Source: Candidatus Methylomirabilia bacterium | GTDB taxonomy: Bacteria; Methylomirabilota; Methylomirabilia; Rokubacteriales; CSP1-6 | DNA: 64,000 bases | NCBI GenBank assembly: GCA_041497115.1 | Contig: JBGQFW010000002.1 | Span: forward strand, 20,476-84,475 | Direction of reading: 5' to 3' | The notes under the pieces: model-generated | What the model saw: the letters and a program-made list of their open reading frames with translations, nothing else | Database searches by the model: none | Told to the model about the DNA's origin: nothing | Shown here: positions 18,087 to 26,239 of the stretch, piece by piece | Numbering within the stretch: the first letter of the stretch is position 1 | Layout: each line of letters begins with the position of its first letter | Translations under genes and position numbers: made by a program

Positions 18087-19943
18087 CTACTCGGAGGTGA
18101 CTCTCAGGACTTCCTCGAGCGTCGTCACGCCCTCCAGGACCTTGACGAGACCGGCCGAGCGCAGCGTGAGCATGCCGAGGTCGGTGGCGACCTTCTTGAT
18201 CTCGGCGGCGCTGGCGCCGGCGACGATCAGCTCGCGGATCTCGCGGGAGACGGGCAGCACCTCGTAGAGCGCGATCCGCCCCTTGAAGCCCGTGAAGTTG
18301 CACGTCTGGCAGCCCCGCCCGCGCGCCAGCGTCAGCGTGCCGCGCCCCTGGGGCGCCAGGCCGTGGGTCACGAGCTCGGACTCGTCCACCTCGTGGCTCT
18401 CCCGGCACTCCTCGCAGATCCGCCGCGCCAGCCGCTGGGCGACGATGAGACGGAGCGACGAGGCGAGCAGGAAGGCCGGCAGGCCCATGTCGACCAGCCG
18501 GCTCACGGTGGAGGGCGCGTCGTTGGTGTGCAGCGTGCTGAGCACGAGGTGGCCGGTGAGGGCGGCCCGGTTGGCGACCTGGGCGGTGTCGAGGTCGCGC
18601 ATCTCGCCGACCAGGATCACGTCCGGGTCGTGGCGCAGGAACGAGCGCAGCGCGGTGGCGAAGCCGAAGCCGATCTCCTCGTTGACCTGGACCTGGTTGA
18701 CCCGCGGGATGTTGTACTCGACGGGATCCTCGAGGGTGAGGACGTGGCGCTCGGGCGAGTTCACCGTCTGCAGCGCCGAGTACAGCGTGGTCGTCTTGCC
18801 GGAGCCGGTGGGCCCGGTGACCAGGATCATCCCGTGCGAGTTGCGGAAGGCCTTCTGGAACTCCTCCAGGCTCCACGCGTCGAAGCCGAGCAGGTTCAGG
18901 TCCAGCTTGAGCGCGCCCTTGTCGAGGAGGCGCAGCACCACGCTCTCCCCGTAGAGCGCCGGGATCACCGACACGCGGAAGTCGACCTCGCGCCCGCCCT
19001 CGCGGAACCGGATCCGCCCGTCCTGCGGCAGCCGGCGCTCGGCGATGTCCATGCTCGCCATGATCTTGATGCGCGACACGATCGCCGGCTCCAGCCGCTT
19101 GGCCGCCGTCGTCACGTCGTGCAGCAGGCCGTCCACGCGGAAGCGCACCTGCAAGAAGCGCTCGGCCGGCTCCAGGTGGATGTCGGAGGCGCCGCGGGTG
19201 ATCGCCTCCGCCAGGAGCATGTGCACCAGCCGCACGACCGGCGCGTGGTCGGCCGAGGCGCGCAGCTCGAGCGGGCTCGACGCCTCCTCGGGCTCCTCGC
19301 TCCCGGCGCCGGCCTCCGCCTCCGCCTCGCTGAGCGCGCTCGCCAGCGTGGCCTTCTGCGCCTCGTAGAACTGGTCCAGCGCCTGGCGGATCACGGTGGG
19401 GCGCGCGATCACCGGGAACACCCGCATGCCGGTGCGGAAGGCGACGTCGTCCACCGCCGACAGGTTGGTCGGGTCCATCATCGCCAGCGTGAGCGCGCCG
19501 GCGGTGCGGCCGATCGGCACGACCTCGTGCTTGAGCGCGATGGCCGAGGGGACCAGACGCAGGATCTCGGGCGGGATGCCGCCCTCGGGGAAGACGACGA
19601 ACGGGATCCGGTAGTGGCGCGACTGCGCGTCCACCATCTGGTCCTCGGTCATGAGCCCGAGGCGCACGACCACGGTCTGGAGCTTGTCGCCCGTGCGCTT
19701 CTGCTCGGTCAGGACCTGCGCGAACTGGTCGGGGGTGATCATCCCCTCGGCGAGCAGGAAGTCGGAGAGACGGCGGCGCTGCGTCTGGGCCTCGACCACG
19801 CTCAGCGTGGTCACGCCGTTGGCGGGGGGCGCGGCCGAGGCCACCGCGGCGGCGAGTCCGGCCCGGCGATCCCCGTCCTCAGAGGATGGCCCCGTTCGCC
19901 GGCTCCACTCGCGGTCGACAGCCTGCTTGATCGTCGGCTTCAT
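18087..19943 (-). CDS. GspE/PilB-family secretion/pilus ATPase with an MshEN-like (T2SSE_N) N-terminal domain
   Basis: Walker A GPTGSGKTT, Asp/His boxes, and a C-terminal tetra-Cys (CEEC...CQTC). The N-terminal motif is RLSDFLLAEGMITPDQFAQVLTEQ. Confidence 0.9.
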   Translation of the reverse strand: MKPTIKQAVDREWSRRTGPSSEDGDRRAGLAAAVASAAPPANGVTTLSVVEAQTQRRRLSDFLLAEGMITPDQFAQVLTEQKRTGDKLQTVVVRLGLMTEDQMVDAQSRHYRIPFVVFPEGGIPPEILRLVPSAIALKHEVVPIGRTAGALTLAMMDPTNLSAVDDVAFRTGMRVFPVIARPTVIRQALDQFYEAQKATLASALSEAEAEAGAGSEEPEEASSPLELRASADHAPVVRLVHMLLAEAITRGASDIHLEPAERFLQVRFRVDGLLHDVTTAAKRLEPAIVSRIKIMASMDIAERRLPQDGRIRFREGGREVDFRVSVIPALYGESVVLRLLDKGALKLDLNLLGFDAWSLEEFQKAFRNSHGMILVTGPTGSGKTTTLYSALQTVNSPERHVLTLEDPVEYNIPRVNQVQVNEEIGFGFATALRSFLRHDPDVILVGEMRDLDTAQVANRAALTGHLVLSTLHTNDAPSTVSRLVDMGLPAFLLASSLRLIVAQRLARRICEECRESHEVDESELVTHGLAPQGRGTLTLARGRGCQTCNFTGFKGRIALYEVLPVSREIRELIVAGASAAEIKKVATDLGMLTLRSAGLVKVLEGVTTLEEVLRVTSE

Positions 19944-20152
19944 ATCGGCCGCCCAACACGGTGCAAGCTCGGAACCAAAGCCGGGGCCGAGTGATAACCG
20001 TCAATCGGGCACTGACTTACGCGACACCCCGCCGCGTGTCGGCCCGCGGTGACGGTCGATTCCTCGCCTGCCTTGCCCAATGGGGTCGGCTAGAAAATGA
20101 CCGGGGGCGCCATCTCGACCTGACAGCATGAGCACGTGCTAGGGTAACGACC

Positions 20153-20440
20153 ATGCGCGTCCTTCTTATTCTCGCCCTGGTGGTCGCTGCCGCCGCCTGC
20201 GGCTCGCCCGAGGCGCCGAAGACCTCGCCGGCCGCCGCGCGGCTGGCCAAGGCGGAGGCCGCCATGGAGGCCTGCAAGAAGCGAGTGGGGCTCGAGAGCG
20301 TCGCCACACCGACCGGTGTCGTGCTCGACGATCCGGCCACCCACGGCCAGGAGATGACGCCCGAGATGGCCGGGCAGCTGCGGCTGAAGATCCAGTGCCG
20401 CCTGGAGCTCGACGAGCTGCTCGCGGCGCGCCGGCCCTAG
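20153..20440 (+). CDS. Small lipoprotein (95 aa), hypothetical
   Basis: MRVLLILALVVAAAAC lipobox, with sensible codon use. No recognisable domain. Confidence 0.5.
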   Translation: MRVLLILALVVAAAACGSPEAPKTSPAAARLAKAEAAMEACKKRVGLESVATPTGVVLDDPATHGQEMTPEMAGQLRLKIQCRLELDELLAARRP

Positions 20441-21207
20441 GGACCCTGCGTCTCGCGGTGGTCCTCGGCGCGGTCCACCGGCGCCCAGCCGAGGACGGCG
20501 CGGGCGTGGCCGAGATCGCGATAGTTCCAGCGGTTGTCGGACACCGCGTAGAAGACGTCGAAGCGCACGCGGGCCGGCGCCTCGATGCACGCGGCGATCA
20601 TGCGGACCACGTCGCGCTGGCTGCACCAGACCGCGACCTCGCGCGTGGACATGGGCCGATCCTCCGCCCGCACCCGGCCGATCCGGATGCAGATCATGGA
20701 CATCCCGTGCGCGTCGGCGAAGGCGCGCGCGAGCGCCTCGCCCCACACCTTGCTGGCGCCGTAGAGGCCGCCCGGTCGGAGCGGCGCCTCGTGGGTCAGC
20801 GGCGACCACGAGCCGACCTCGTCGTAGCGGCCCGCGACGATGTGGCTCAGCGGCGGCTCGCGCTCCCAGCCGCTGATCGTCGCCCCGCTGCTGGCAAAGA
20901 TCACGCGCGCGACGCCCGCACGCCGGGACGCCTCGAAGACGTTGTAGGTGCCGATCACGTTGGAGCGCAGGAGGTCGGCCGGCGCCTGGTGATCGCCCGC
21001 CGCGGCGGCGAGGTGCACGACGGTGTCCACCCCCTCGAACGCGGGCTGGATCGCGTCGAGGTCGCCGAGGTCGGCGAGGTGGCACTCCACGCCCGCCACC
21101 GGCCGGCGGTTCAGCGCGCGGAGCGGGTATTGCGTGCCGAGGTGCGCGTGGAGCGCGCCGCCGATGAGGCCGCTGAGACCGGTGACGAGCAGGCGGCGGG
21201 CGGCCAC
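20437..21207 (-). CDS. NAD-dependent epimerase/dehydratase family protein (SDR)
   Basis: LLVTGLSGLIGGAL Rossmann motif and YGASK catalytic YxxxK. Confidence 0.85.
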   Translation of the reverse strand: MAARRLLVTGLSGLIGGALHAHLGTQYPLRALNRRPVAGVECHLADLGDLDAIQPAFEGVDTVVHLAAAAGDHQAPADLLRSNVIGTYNVFEASRRAGVARVIFASSGATISGWEREPPLSHIVAGRYDEVGSWSPLTHEAPLRPGGLYGASKVWGEALARAFADAHGMSMICIRIGRVRAEDRPMSTREVAVWCSQRDVVRMIAACIEAPARVRFDVFYAVSDNRWNYRDLGHARAVLGWAPVDRAEDHRETQGP

Positions 21208-21214
21208 GCGGACG

Positions 21215-22129
21215 CTAGCCCTCCACCTCGCGGTTGAGCCCGAAGTCGTCGGGCACCGGCGGCCCCCAGCGGTAGAGCGCGTCGGCCTCGGGCCAGTCCC
21301 GCGCCTCCCAGGCGCACGACTCGGGGATGTAGTCGAGGTCGTGGAAGTACTCGGCGAAGGAGCCCCACGGATCGCGCATGTAATAGAAGAAGTTCGAGCC
21401 GATCACGTGGCGCCCCAGCCCCCAGCCCGGCTGCCAGCCGCGCTCCTGCATCCGCACGGCGCCCATGGCGATCTCGTCCACGCTGCCCACCTCGAACGAG
21501 CCGTGGTGGAACCCCGGTCCCTTGGAGGAGAGGAACGCCACGTTGTGGTGGTCGGTGGTGCAGCGCAGGAACGCGATGATGGACTTGGAGCGATCGGACA
21601 GCTTCAGGCCGAGCACGCGGGTGTAGAAGTCGAGCTGGCGCTCGACGTCGGGCGTGAACAGCAGCACGTGGCCGAGCCGGCGCGGCGTCGCGGTGGCGGT
21701 GGCCTCCGGCGCGCCGCGATCCACCCGGCGGCCGATGTGGCCGGGGCTGTTCAGCCGCAGCGGCGGATCGGCGGGGGGCGACGCCGGAGCCTCGTCGCGG
21801 ACGTTGATCAGGTTGCCGTCGGGATCGCGGATCCAGACGCCGCCCTCGGGCGCGCCGCGCGGCGGATCCACCTCCTTCACGCCGGCGCGGCGGATCGACT
21901 CGCGCGTCGCCGCGTAGTCGTCGTCGTGGGCGCCGAAGGCCAGGTGGTGCAACCGCTTCCTGGGCCCGCCGTAGAGCAGGACGGTCTCGCGCTTGAGCGG
22001 CGCCGGGCGCAGGGCCACGGCGCCGTCGCGCCGTGCCTCGTCGATGAGGCCGAAGCTCGTGTAAAACTTCGCGCCAACCGTCTGGTCGGGAACCTCGAGC
22101 GCGTAGTGCAGGAGCGCGCGCACGGCCAT
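21215..22129 (-). CDS. VOC-family extradiol ring-cleavage dioxygenase-like protein (two glyoxalase/bleomycin-resistance modules)
   Basis: Two VOC halves (HYALEVPD...LHHLAF; LGHVLLFTPDV...DHHNVAF...HHGSFEV). GGGAGG RBS upstream of the ATG. Confidence 0.85.
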   Translation of the reverse strand: MAVRALLHYALEVPDQTVGAKFYTSFGLIDEARRDGAVALRPAPLKRETVLLYGGPRKRLHHLAFGAHDDDYAATRESIRRAGVKEVDPPRGAPEGGVWIRDPDGNLINVRDEAPASPPADPPLRLNSPGHIGRRVDRGAPEATATATPRRLGHVLLFTPDVERQLDFYTRVLGLKLSDRSKSIIAFLRCTTDHHNVAFLSSKGPGFHHGSFEVGSVDEIAMGAVRMQERGWQPGWGLGRHVIGSNFFYYMRDPWGSFAEYFHDLDYIPESCAWEARDWPEADALYRWGPPVPDDFGLNREVEG

Positions 22130-22168
22130 GTCGTGACCTCCCGGTGGAAGGAGTTTACACCGGCGTGT

Positions 22169-22213
22169 TGTACGCGGTGTACGCCGTGTGGGCGGTGTAC
22201 GCGGTGTCGCAGG
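22169..22213 (-). repeat. Five tandem 9-bp repeats (plus strand TGTACGCGG consensus) upstream of the dioxygenase
   Basis: tgtacgcgg tgtacgccg tgtgggcgg tgtacgcgg tgtcgcagg, read directly. They lie 40-85 nt upstream of the start at 22129. Confidence 0.8.
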
Positions 22214-22215
22214 AC

Positions 22216-22237
22216 CGAGCCGGCGCCAGCCGGCTCG
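22216..22237 (-). terminator. Hairpin (9-bp perfect stem, 4-nt loop) after the Mo-hydroxylase gene
   Basis: cgagccggc-gcca-gccggctcg, about 20 nt downstream of the stop at 22256. No U tract. Confidence 0.45.
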
Positions 22238-22255
22238 AGACGCGAACGGGGGAGT

Positions 22256-24592
22256 TCAAACAATCCCGAGCGCGCGCAGGACGCGCTCGGGCGTGATCGG
22301 CTGGTCGGAGATCAGCGCGCCGAACGGCGCGAGCGCGTCGTTCACGGCGTTGAGGATCGCCGCCGGCGCCCCCGTGGTGCCGGCCTCGCCGGCGCCCTTG
22401 AAGCCGCCGGCCACCGAGGGCGCCGGGGTCTCCAGGTGGTGCAGGTCGAACGACGGCAGGTCGGCGGCGGTGGGCACCGCGTAGTCCATGAGGCTGCCGG
22501 TGAGGAGCTGACCAGCGTCGTCGTACACGCAGTGCTCCCACAGCGCGCCGCCCGCCCCCTGGGCGATCCCGCCGGCGATCTGCCCCTCGACGAGGGCCGG
22601 ATTGACGATGCGCCCGCAGTCGTCCACCGCGACATAGCGCACGAGCCGCACGCGTCCCGTCTCGACGTCCACCTCGACCACCGCGAGGTGGGCGCCGTTG
22701 GTGAACGTCCCCGCCTGCGGATTGGTGTAGTGCACGGTCGCCTCGAGGCTCGGCTCGAGCCCCTTGAGCGCGTTCGAGCGGAAGTGCACGGTGCGGGCGA
22801 GCTCCGCGTACCCGAGGCTGCGGTCGGGCGCGCCGCGCACGGCGGCGCGCGCCCCGCCGAGCTCGATGTCGTCGGGCGCGGCTTCGAGCAGGACGCCGGC
22901 GACCGCGCGGATCTTGACGGCCAGCGCGCGCGCCGCCAGCAGCGTCGCGCTACCGCCGATCGGCATCCCCCGGCTCGCCCAGGTGCCGCCGCCGTACGGC
23001 GTCACCGCGGTGTCGCCCGACAGCACGCTCACCGCCTCGACCGGCAGCGCCAGCTCGTCGGCGACGATCTGGGCGAGCGCGGTCGGCGTCCCCTGCCCCT
23101 GGTTGGTCACGCCGACGAGCGCGGTCACCGTCCCCGACGGCTCCAGGCGCAGCGTGGCGCCGTCCTGGCCGGAGATCGGCGCGCCGCCGACGCCGTAGAA
23201 CTGCGCCCCCGGTCCGGTCAATTCGAGAAAACACGCCAGCCCGATTCCGAGATGACGACCCCGGGCGCGTCCCGCGGCCTGCTCGCGGCGCAGCTCATCG
23301 TAGCGCGCGACCTCCAGCAGCCGGGCGAGGGCGCGCTGGTAGGAGCCGCTGTCGTAGACGGTCCCGGTCGGCGACGTCCACGGCAGCTCGTCGGCGCCGA
23401 TGAGGTTGCGACGGCGCACCTCGGCGGGGTCGAGGGCCAGGTCGCGCGCAATCTGGTCGAGCAGGCTCTCGGTGACGGCGGCGGCGATCGGATGGCCGAC
23501 CGCGCGGTACTGGGAGGTCACGCCCTTGTGCTGCGCGACGACGGCGAGCGTCCCGTCGTAGTGGCGGAGCCGGTAGGGACCGGGCAGCAGCCGCAGCACC
23601 TGGCCGCCCTCGACGACGCTCGAGCGGGGGAACGCCGAGTACGGCCCGACGGGAGCGACGATCCGCGCCCGCATGCCGGTGAGCCGGCCGTCGGCGTCGG
23701 TCCCGACCTCGACCTCGATCGCCTGCTCGCGGGCGTGGATGTCGGAGCAGAACGACTCGCAGCGGCCGGCGACCCACTTCACCGGGCGTCCGAGCGTGAG
23801 CGCGAGCGCGACGGCGGCAAGATCGTCCTGGTAGACGTGGATCTTGATCCCGAACGAGCCGCCGACGTCGGGGGCGATCACCCGCAGGCGGTGCTCGGGC
23901 AGGTCGAAGAGATCGGCGAGCACCGCCTGCATCATGTGCGGCACCTGGGTGGACATCCACACGGTGAGGGCGCGCGTGGCGGGCTCGAAGTCGGCGACGA
24001 GGCCGCGCGGCTCCAGCGGCACGCCGGTGTGGCGGCCGGTCGTGAAGCGGCGGCGCCAGACGCGCGCGGAGGCGCGCAGCGCGCCGTCGGCGGCGCCGCC
24101 GGCCAGGCGCGCCTCGTAGATCACGTTGTCGCCCAGCTCGGGATGGACGAGCGGCGCCCCCGGCGACCGCGCCGCCTCCGGCGACAGCACCGGCGGCAGC
24201 GGCTCGTAGCGGACGGTCACGCGGGCGGCCGCGTCGGCGGCGGCGGCGGCCGTCTCCGCCGCGAGCGCGACGATCGGCTCGCCGACGTAGCGCACGCGCT
24301 CGACCGCCAACGGCAGCATCGCGCCGGCCTTCATCCCCTGATAGTGGTGGAGGATCCCGCGACACGGCTTGCAGAGGCGGCGCGCGTCCTCGCCGATGAG
24401 GACGGCGACGACTCCGGGGGCGCGGCGCGCGGCCTCCACGCGCACGGCGGCGAGGCGGGCGTGGGCGTGGGCGCTGCGGACGAAGGCGACGTGGACCAGG
24501 CGCGCCGGCGTGAGATCGTCGACGTAGCGCCCGCGGCCGGTCAGGAGGCGGGGATCGTCCGCTCGCCGGATCGGCGCGCCCACGTGCGGCAC
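22256..24592 (-). CDS. Xanthine dehydrogenase / aerobic CO dehydrogenase-family molybdopterin-binding large subunit
   Basis: VPHVGAPIRRADDPRLLTGRGRYVDDL N-terminus and family-typical length and blocks. I prefer the GTG at 24592 over the track start at 24670, because a consensus divergent promoter occupies 24612-24640. Confidence 0.85.
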   Translation of the reverse strand: MPHVGAPIRRADDPRLLTGRGRYVDDLTPARLVHVAFVRSAHAHARLAAVRVEAARRAPGVVAVLIGEDARRLCKPCRGILHHYQGMKAGAMLPLAVERVRYVGEPIVALAAETAAAAADAAARVTVRYEPLPPVLSPEAARSPGAPLVHPELGDNVIYEARLAGGAADGALRASARVWRRRFTTGRHTGVPLEPRGLVADFEPATRALTVWMSTQVPHMMQAVLADLFDLPEHRLRVIAPDVGGSFGIKIHVYQDDLAAVALALTLGRPVKWVAGRCESFCSDIHAREQAIEVEVGTDADGRLTGMRARIVAPVGPYSAFPRSSVVEGGQVLRLLPGPYRLRHYDGTLAVVAQHKGVTSQYRAVGHPIAAAVTESLLDQIARDLALDPAEVRRRNLIGADELPWTSPTGTVYDSGSYQRALARLLEVARYDELRREQAAGRARGRHLGIGLACFLELTGPGAQFYGVGGAPISGQDGATLRLEPSGTVTALVGVTNQGQGTPTALAQIVADELALPVEAVSVLSGDTAVTPYGGGTWASRGMPIGGSATLLAARALAVKIRAVAGVLLEAAPDDIELGGARAAVRGAPDRSLGYAELARTVHFRSNALKGLEPSLEATVHYTNPQAGTFTNGAHLAVVEVDVETGRVRLVRYVAVDDCGRIVNPALVEGQIAGGIAQGAGGALWEHCVYDDAGQLLTGSLMDYAVPTAADLPSFDLHHLETPAPSVAGGFKGAGEAGTTGAPAAILNAVNDALAPFGALISDQPITPERVLRALGIV

Positions 24593-24611
24593 GCGCGGGA
24601 GTCTAGCACGA

Positions 24612-24640
24612 TTGACACGACCGCCCGCCGCCCCTATCAT
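24612..24640 (+). promoter_or_regulatory. Near-consensus sigma70 promoter (TTGACA-17-TATCAT) for the binding-protein gene
   Basis: ttgaca cgaccgcccgccgcccc tatcat, then GAGGAGG 6 nt before the ATG at 24685. Confidence 0.55.
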
Positions 24641-24684
24641 CGCGCCACTCAAGAAGGAACGGTCGCTCACAGAGGAGGCGCCGG

Positions 24685-25941
24685 ATGACTCGACGCGGAG
24701 TTCTCGCGATACTTCTCCTGGCTGCGGTGATGCTCTGGGGCTTCGGGGACGCCGGCGCCCAGGGCGCCAAGCCGATCAAGATCGGCTTCGGCATGGCGCT
24801 CACCGGCGGCCTGGCCGGCAACGGGCAGGGCGCGTTGCTCGCGATGCAGATCTGGCGGGACGACGTCAACAAGGCCGGCGGGATCCTCGGCCGGCCGATC
24901 GAGCTCGTCTACTACGACGACCAGACGAACCCCGCGACCGTGCCCCAGATCTACACCAAGCTCCTCGACGTCGACAAAGTCGACTTCGTCGTCTCCGGCT
25001 ACGGAACGAACCTCATCGCGCCGGCGATGCCGCTGGTGATGGAGCGCAAGCTCACCTTCATGGGGCTGTTCGGCCTCGGCAACAACGAGAAGTACAACTA
25101 CTCGCGCTACTTCCAGATCTCGCCGGGCGGGCCTCATCCGACCGCGTCGTTCTCCGAGGGGTTCTTCGAGCTGGCGGCCCGCCAGAACCCGCGCCCCAAG
25201 ACGGTGGCGCTGGTCGGCGCCGACGCCGAGTTCCCGCAGAACGCGCTGATCGGCGCCCGCGAGCACGTCAAGCGGCTCGGCTTCCAGACGGTGTACGACA
25301 AGACGTATCCGCCCAACACGGTGGACTACACGCCGATCGCGCGGGCGATCAAGGCGCTCAACCCCGACGTCGTCTTCGTCGCGTCCTATCCGCCCGACTC
25401 GACCGGCATGGTCCTGGCCTCGCAGGAAGTCGGCCTCGAGCCCAAGCTGTTCGGTGGCGGCATGGTGGGGCTGCACTTCACGGCGCTGCTCACCAAGCTC
25501 GGCCCCAAGCTCAACGGCATCGTGGACTACGGCTTCTGGGTCCCCGAGCCGACCATGAAGTTCCCCGGCGTCGAGGCATTTCTGCAGAAGTATCAGCCGG
25601 CGGCGGTCAAGGCGAACGTCGATCCGCTCGGCTACTACCTGCCCCCGTGGGCCTACGCCAACATGCAGGTGCTCGGCCAGGCCATCGAGGGCACCAAGGG
25701 GCTCGACCAGGGGAAGATCGCCGACTACATCCACGCCCACGAGTTCGACACGGTCATCGGCAAGGTGAAGTTCGGCCCCGACGGCGAGTGGGCGAAGGCG
25801 CGGATGATCACGATCCAGTTCCAGGGCATCCAGGGCAGCGACCCCGAGCAGTTCAAGCAGCACGGCAAGCAGGCGATCGTCTACCCCGAGCAGTTCAAGT
25901 CGGGCAATCTCGTCTACCCCTACTCGGCGGCGCGGAAGTAG
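24685..25941 (+). CDS. ABC transporter substrate-binding protein (LivJ / type-1 periplasmic binding protein family)
   Basis: Signal peptide, then KIGFGMALTGGLAGNGQ...ILGRPIELVYYDDQTNPA. No permease or ATPase genes are adjacent. Confidence 0.9.
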   Translation: MTRRGVLAILLLAAVMLWGFGDAGAQGAKPIKIGFGMALTGGLAGNGQGALLAMQIWRDDVNKAGGILGRPIELVYYDDQTNPATVPQIYTKLLDVDKVDFVVSGYGTNLIAPAMPLVMERKLTFMGLFGLGNNEKYNYSRYFQISPGGPHPTASFSEGFFELAARQNPRPKTVALVGADAEFPQNALIGAREHVKRLGFQTVYDKTYPPNTVDYTPIARAIKALNPDVVFVASYPPDSTGMVLASQEVGLEPKLFGGGMVGLHFTALLTKLGPKLNGIVDYGFWVPEPTMKFPGVEAFLQKYQPAAVKANVDPLGYYLPPWAYANMQVLGQAIEGTKGLDQGKIADYIHAHEFDTVIGKVKFGPDGEWAKARMITIQFQGIQGSDPEQFKQHGKQAIVYPEQFKSGNLVYPYSAARK

Positions 25942-25964
25942 CCGCCTGACCTCCCGCGCGTGGC

Positions 25965-25998
25965 GGGGCGGCGCGCCGTGTCAGGCGCGCCGCTCCCC
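25965..25998. terminator. GC hairpin between convergent genes (possible bidirectional terminator, no U tract)
   Basis: ggggcggcgcgcc-gtgtca-ggcgcgccgc(t)cccc. A 10-bp perfect stem extends by 4 more bp across a 1-nt bulge. Confidence 0.45.
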
Positions 25999-26006
25999 GC
26001 GCGCCC

Positions 26007-26237
26007 TCAGTCGCAGTAGTGGCGCCAGTCGATGATCGGCGCGGCGTCGCGGCAGAGCCGCCGCGCGCCGCCGCACCCCTGGGTCACGCCGATCGCCGAG
26101 CGCGCGCTGTCGCCGAAGCAGCCGGTCATCGTCAGATCGGCGTAGCGCCGCTCGTTCTCGCGCCAGGCGAGGACCATCAGCGACACGACCAGCGCGGCCA
26201 TGACGAGCCACGCGACGGCCTGCGTCCGCCACGGCAT
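26007..26237 (-). CDS. Small membrane-anchored Cys-rich protein (76 aa), hypothetical
   Basis: MPWRTQAVAWLVMAALVVSLMVLAW TM helix, then four Cys residues. The ATG is 2 nt after the EEP gene stop. Confidence 0.4.
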   Translation of the reverse strand: MPWRTQAVAWLVMAALVVSLMVLAWRENERRYADLTMTGCFGDSARSAIGVTQGCGGARRLCRDAAPIIDWRHYCD

Positions 26238-26239
26238 CG

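Noticed and set aside
20075-20110. A sigma70-like promoter for the small lipoprotein (TTGCCC ... TAGAAA/AT).
   Set aside because: The spacing between the candidate hexamers is about 12 nt with TAGAAA, and a 17-nt spacing leaves a poor -10. It is not convincing enough to annotate.
22155-22541. ORF 22155..22541 (-), which ends in the repetitive peptide DTAYTAHTAYTAYNTPV, and ORF 22188..22484 (+).
   Set aside because: The peptide repeat is only the 9-bp DNA repeat read in frame. Most of the ORF is an alternative frame of the Mo-hydroxylase 3' end, and the rest is intergenic.
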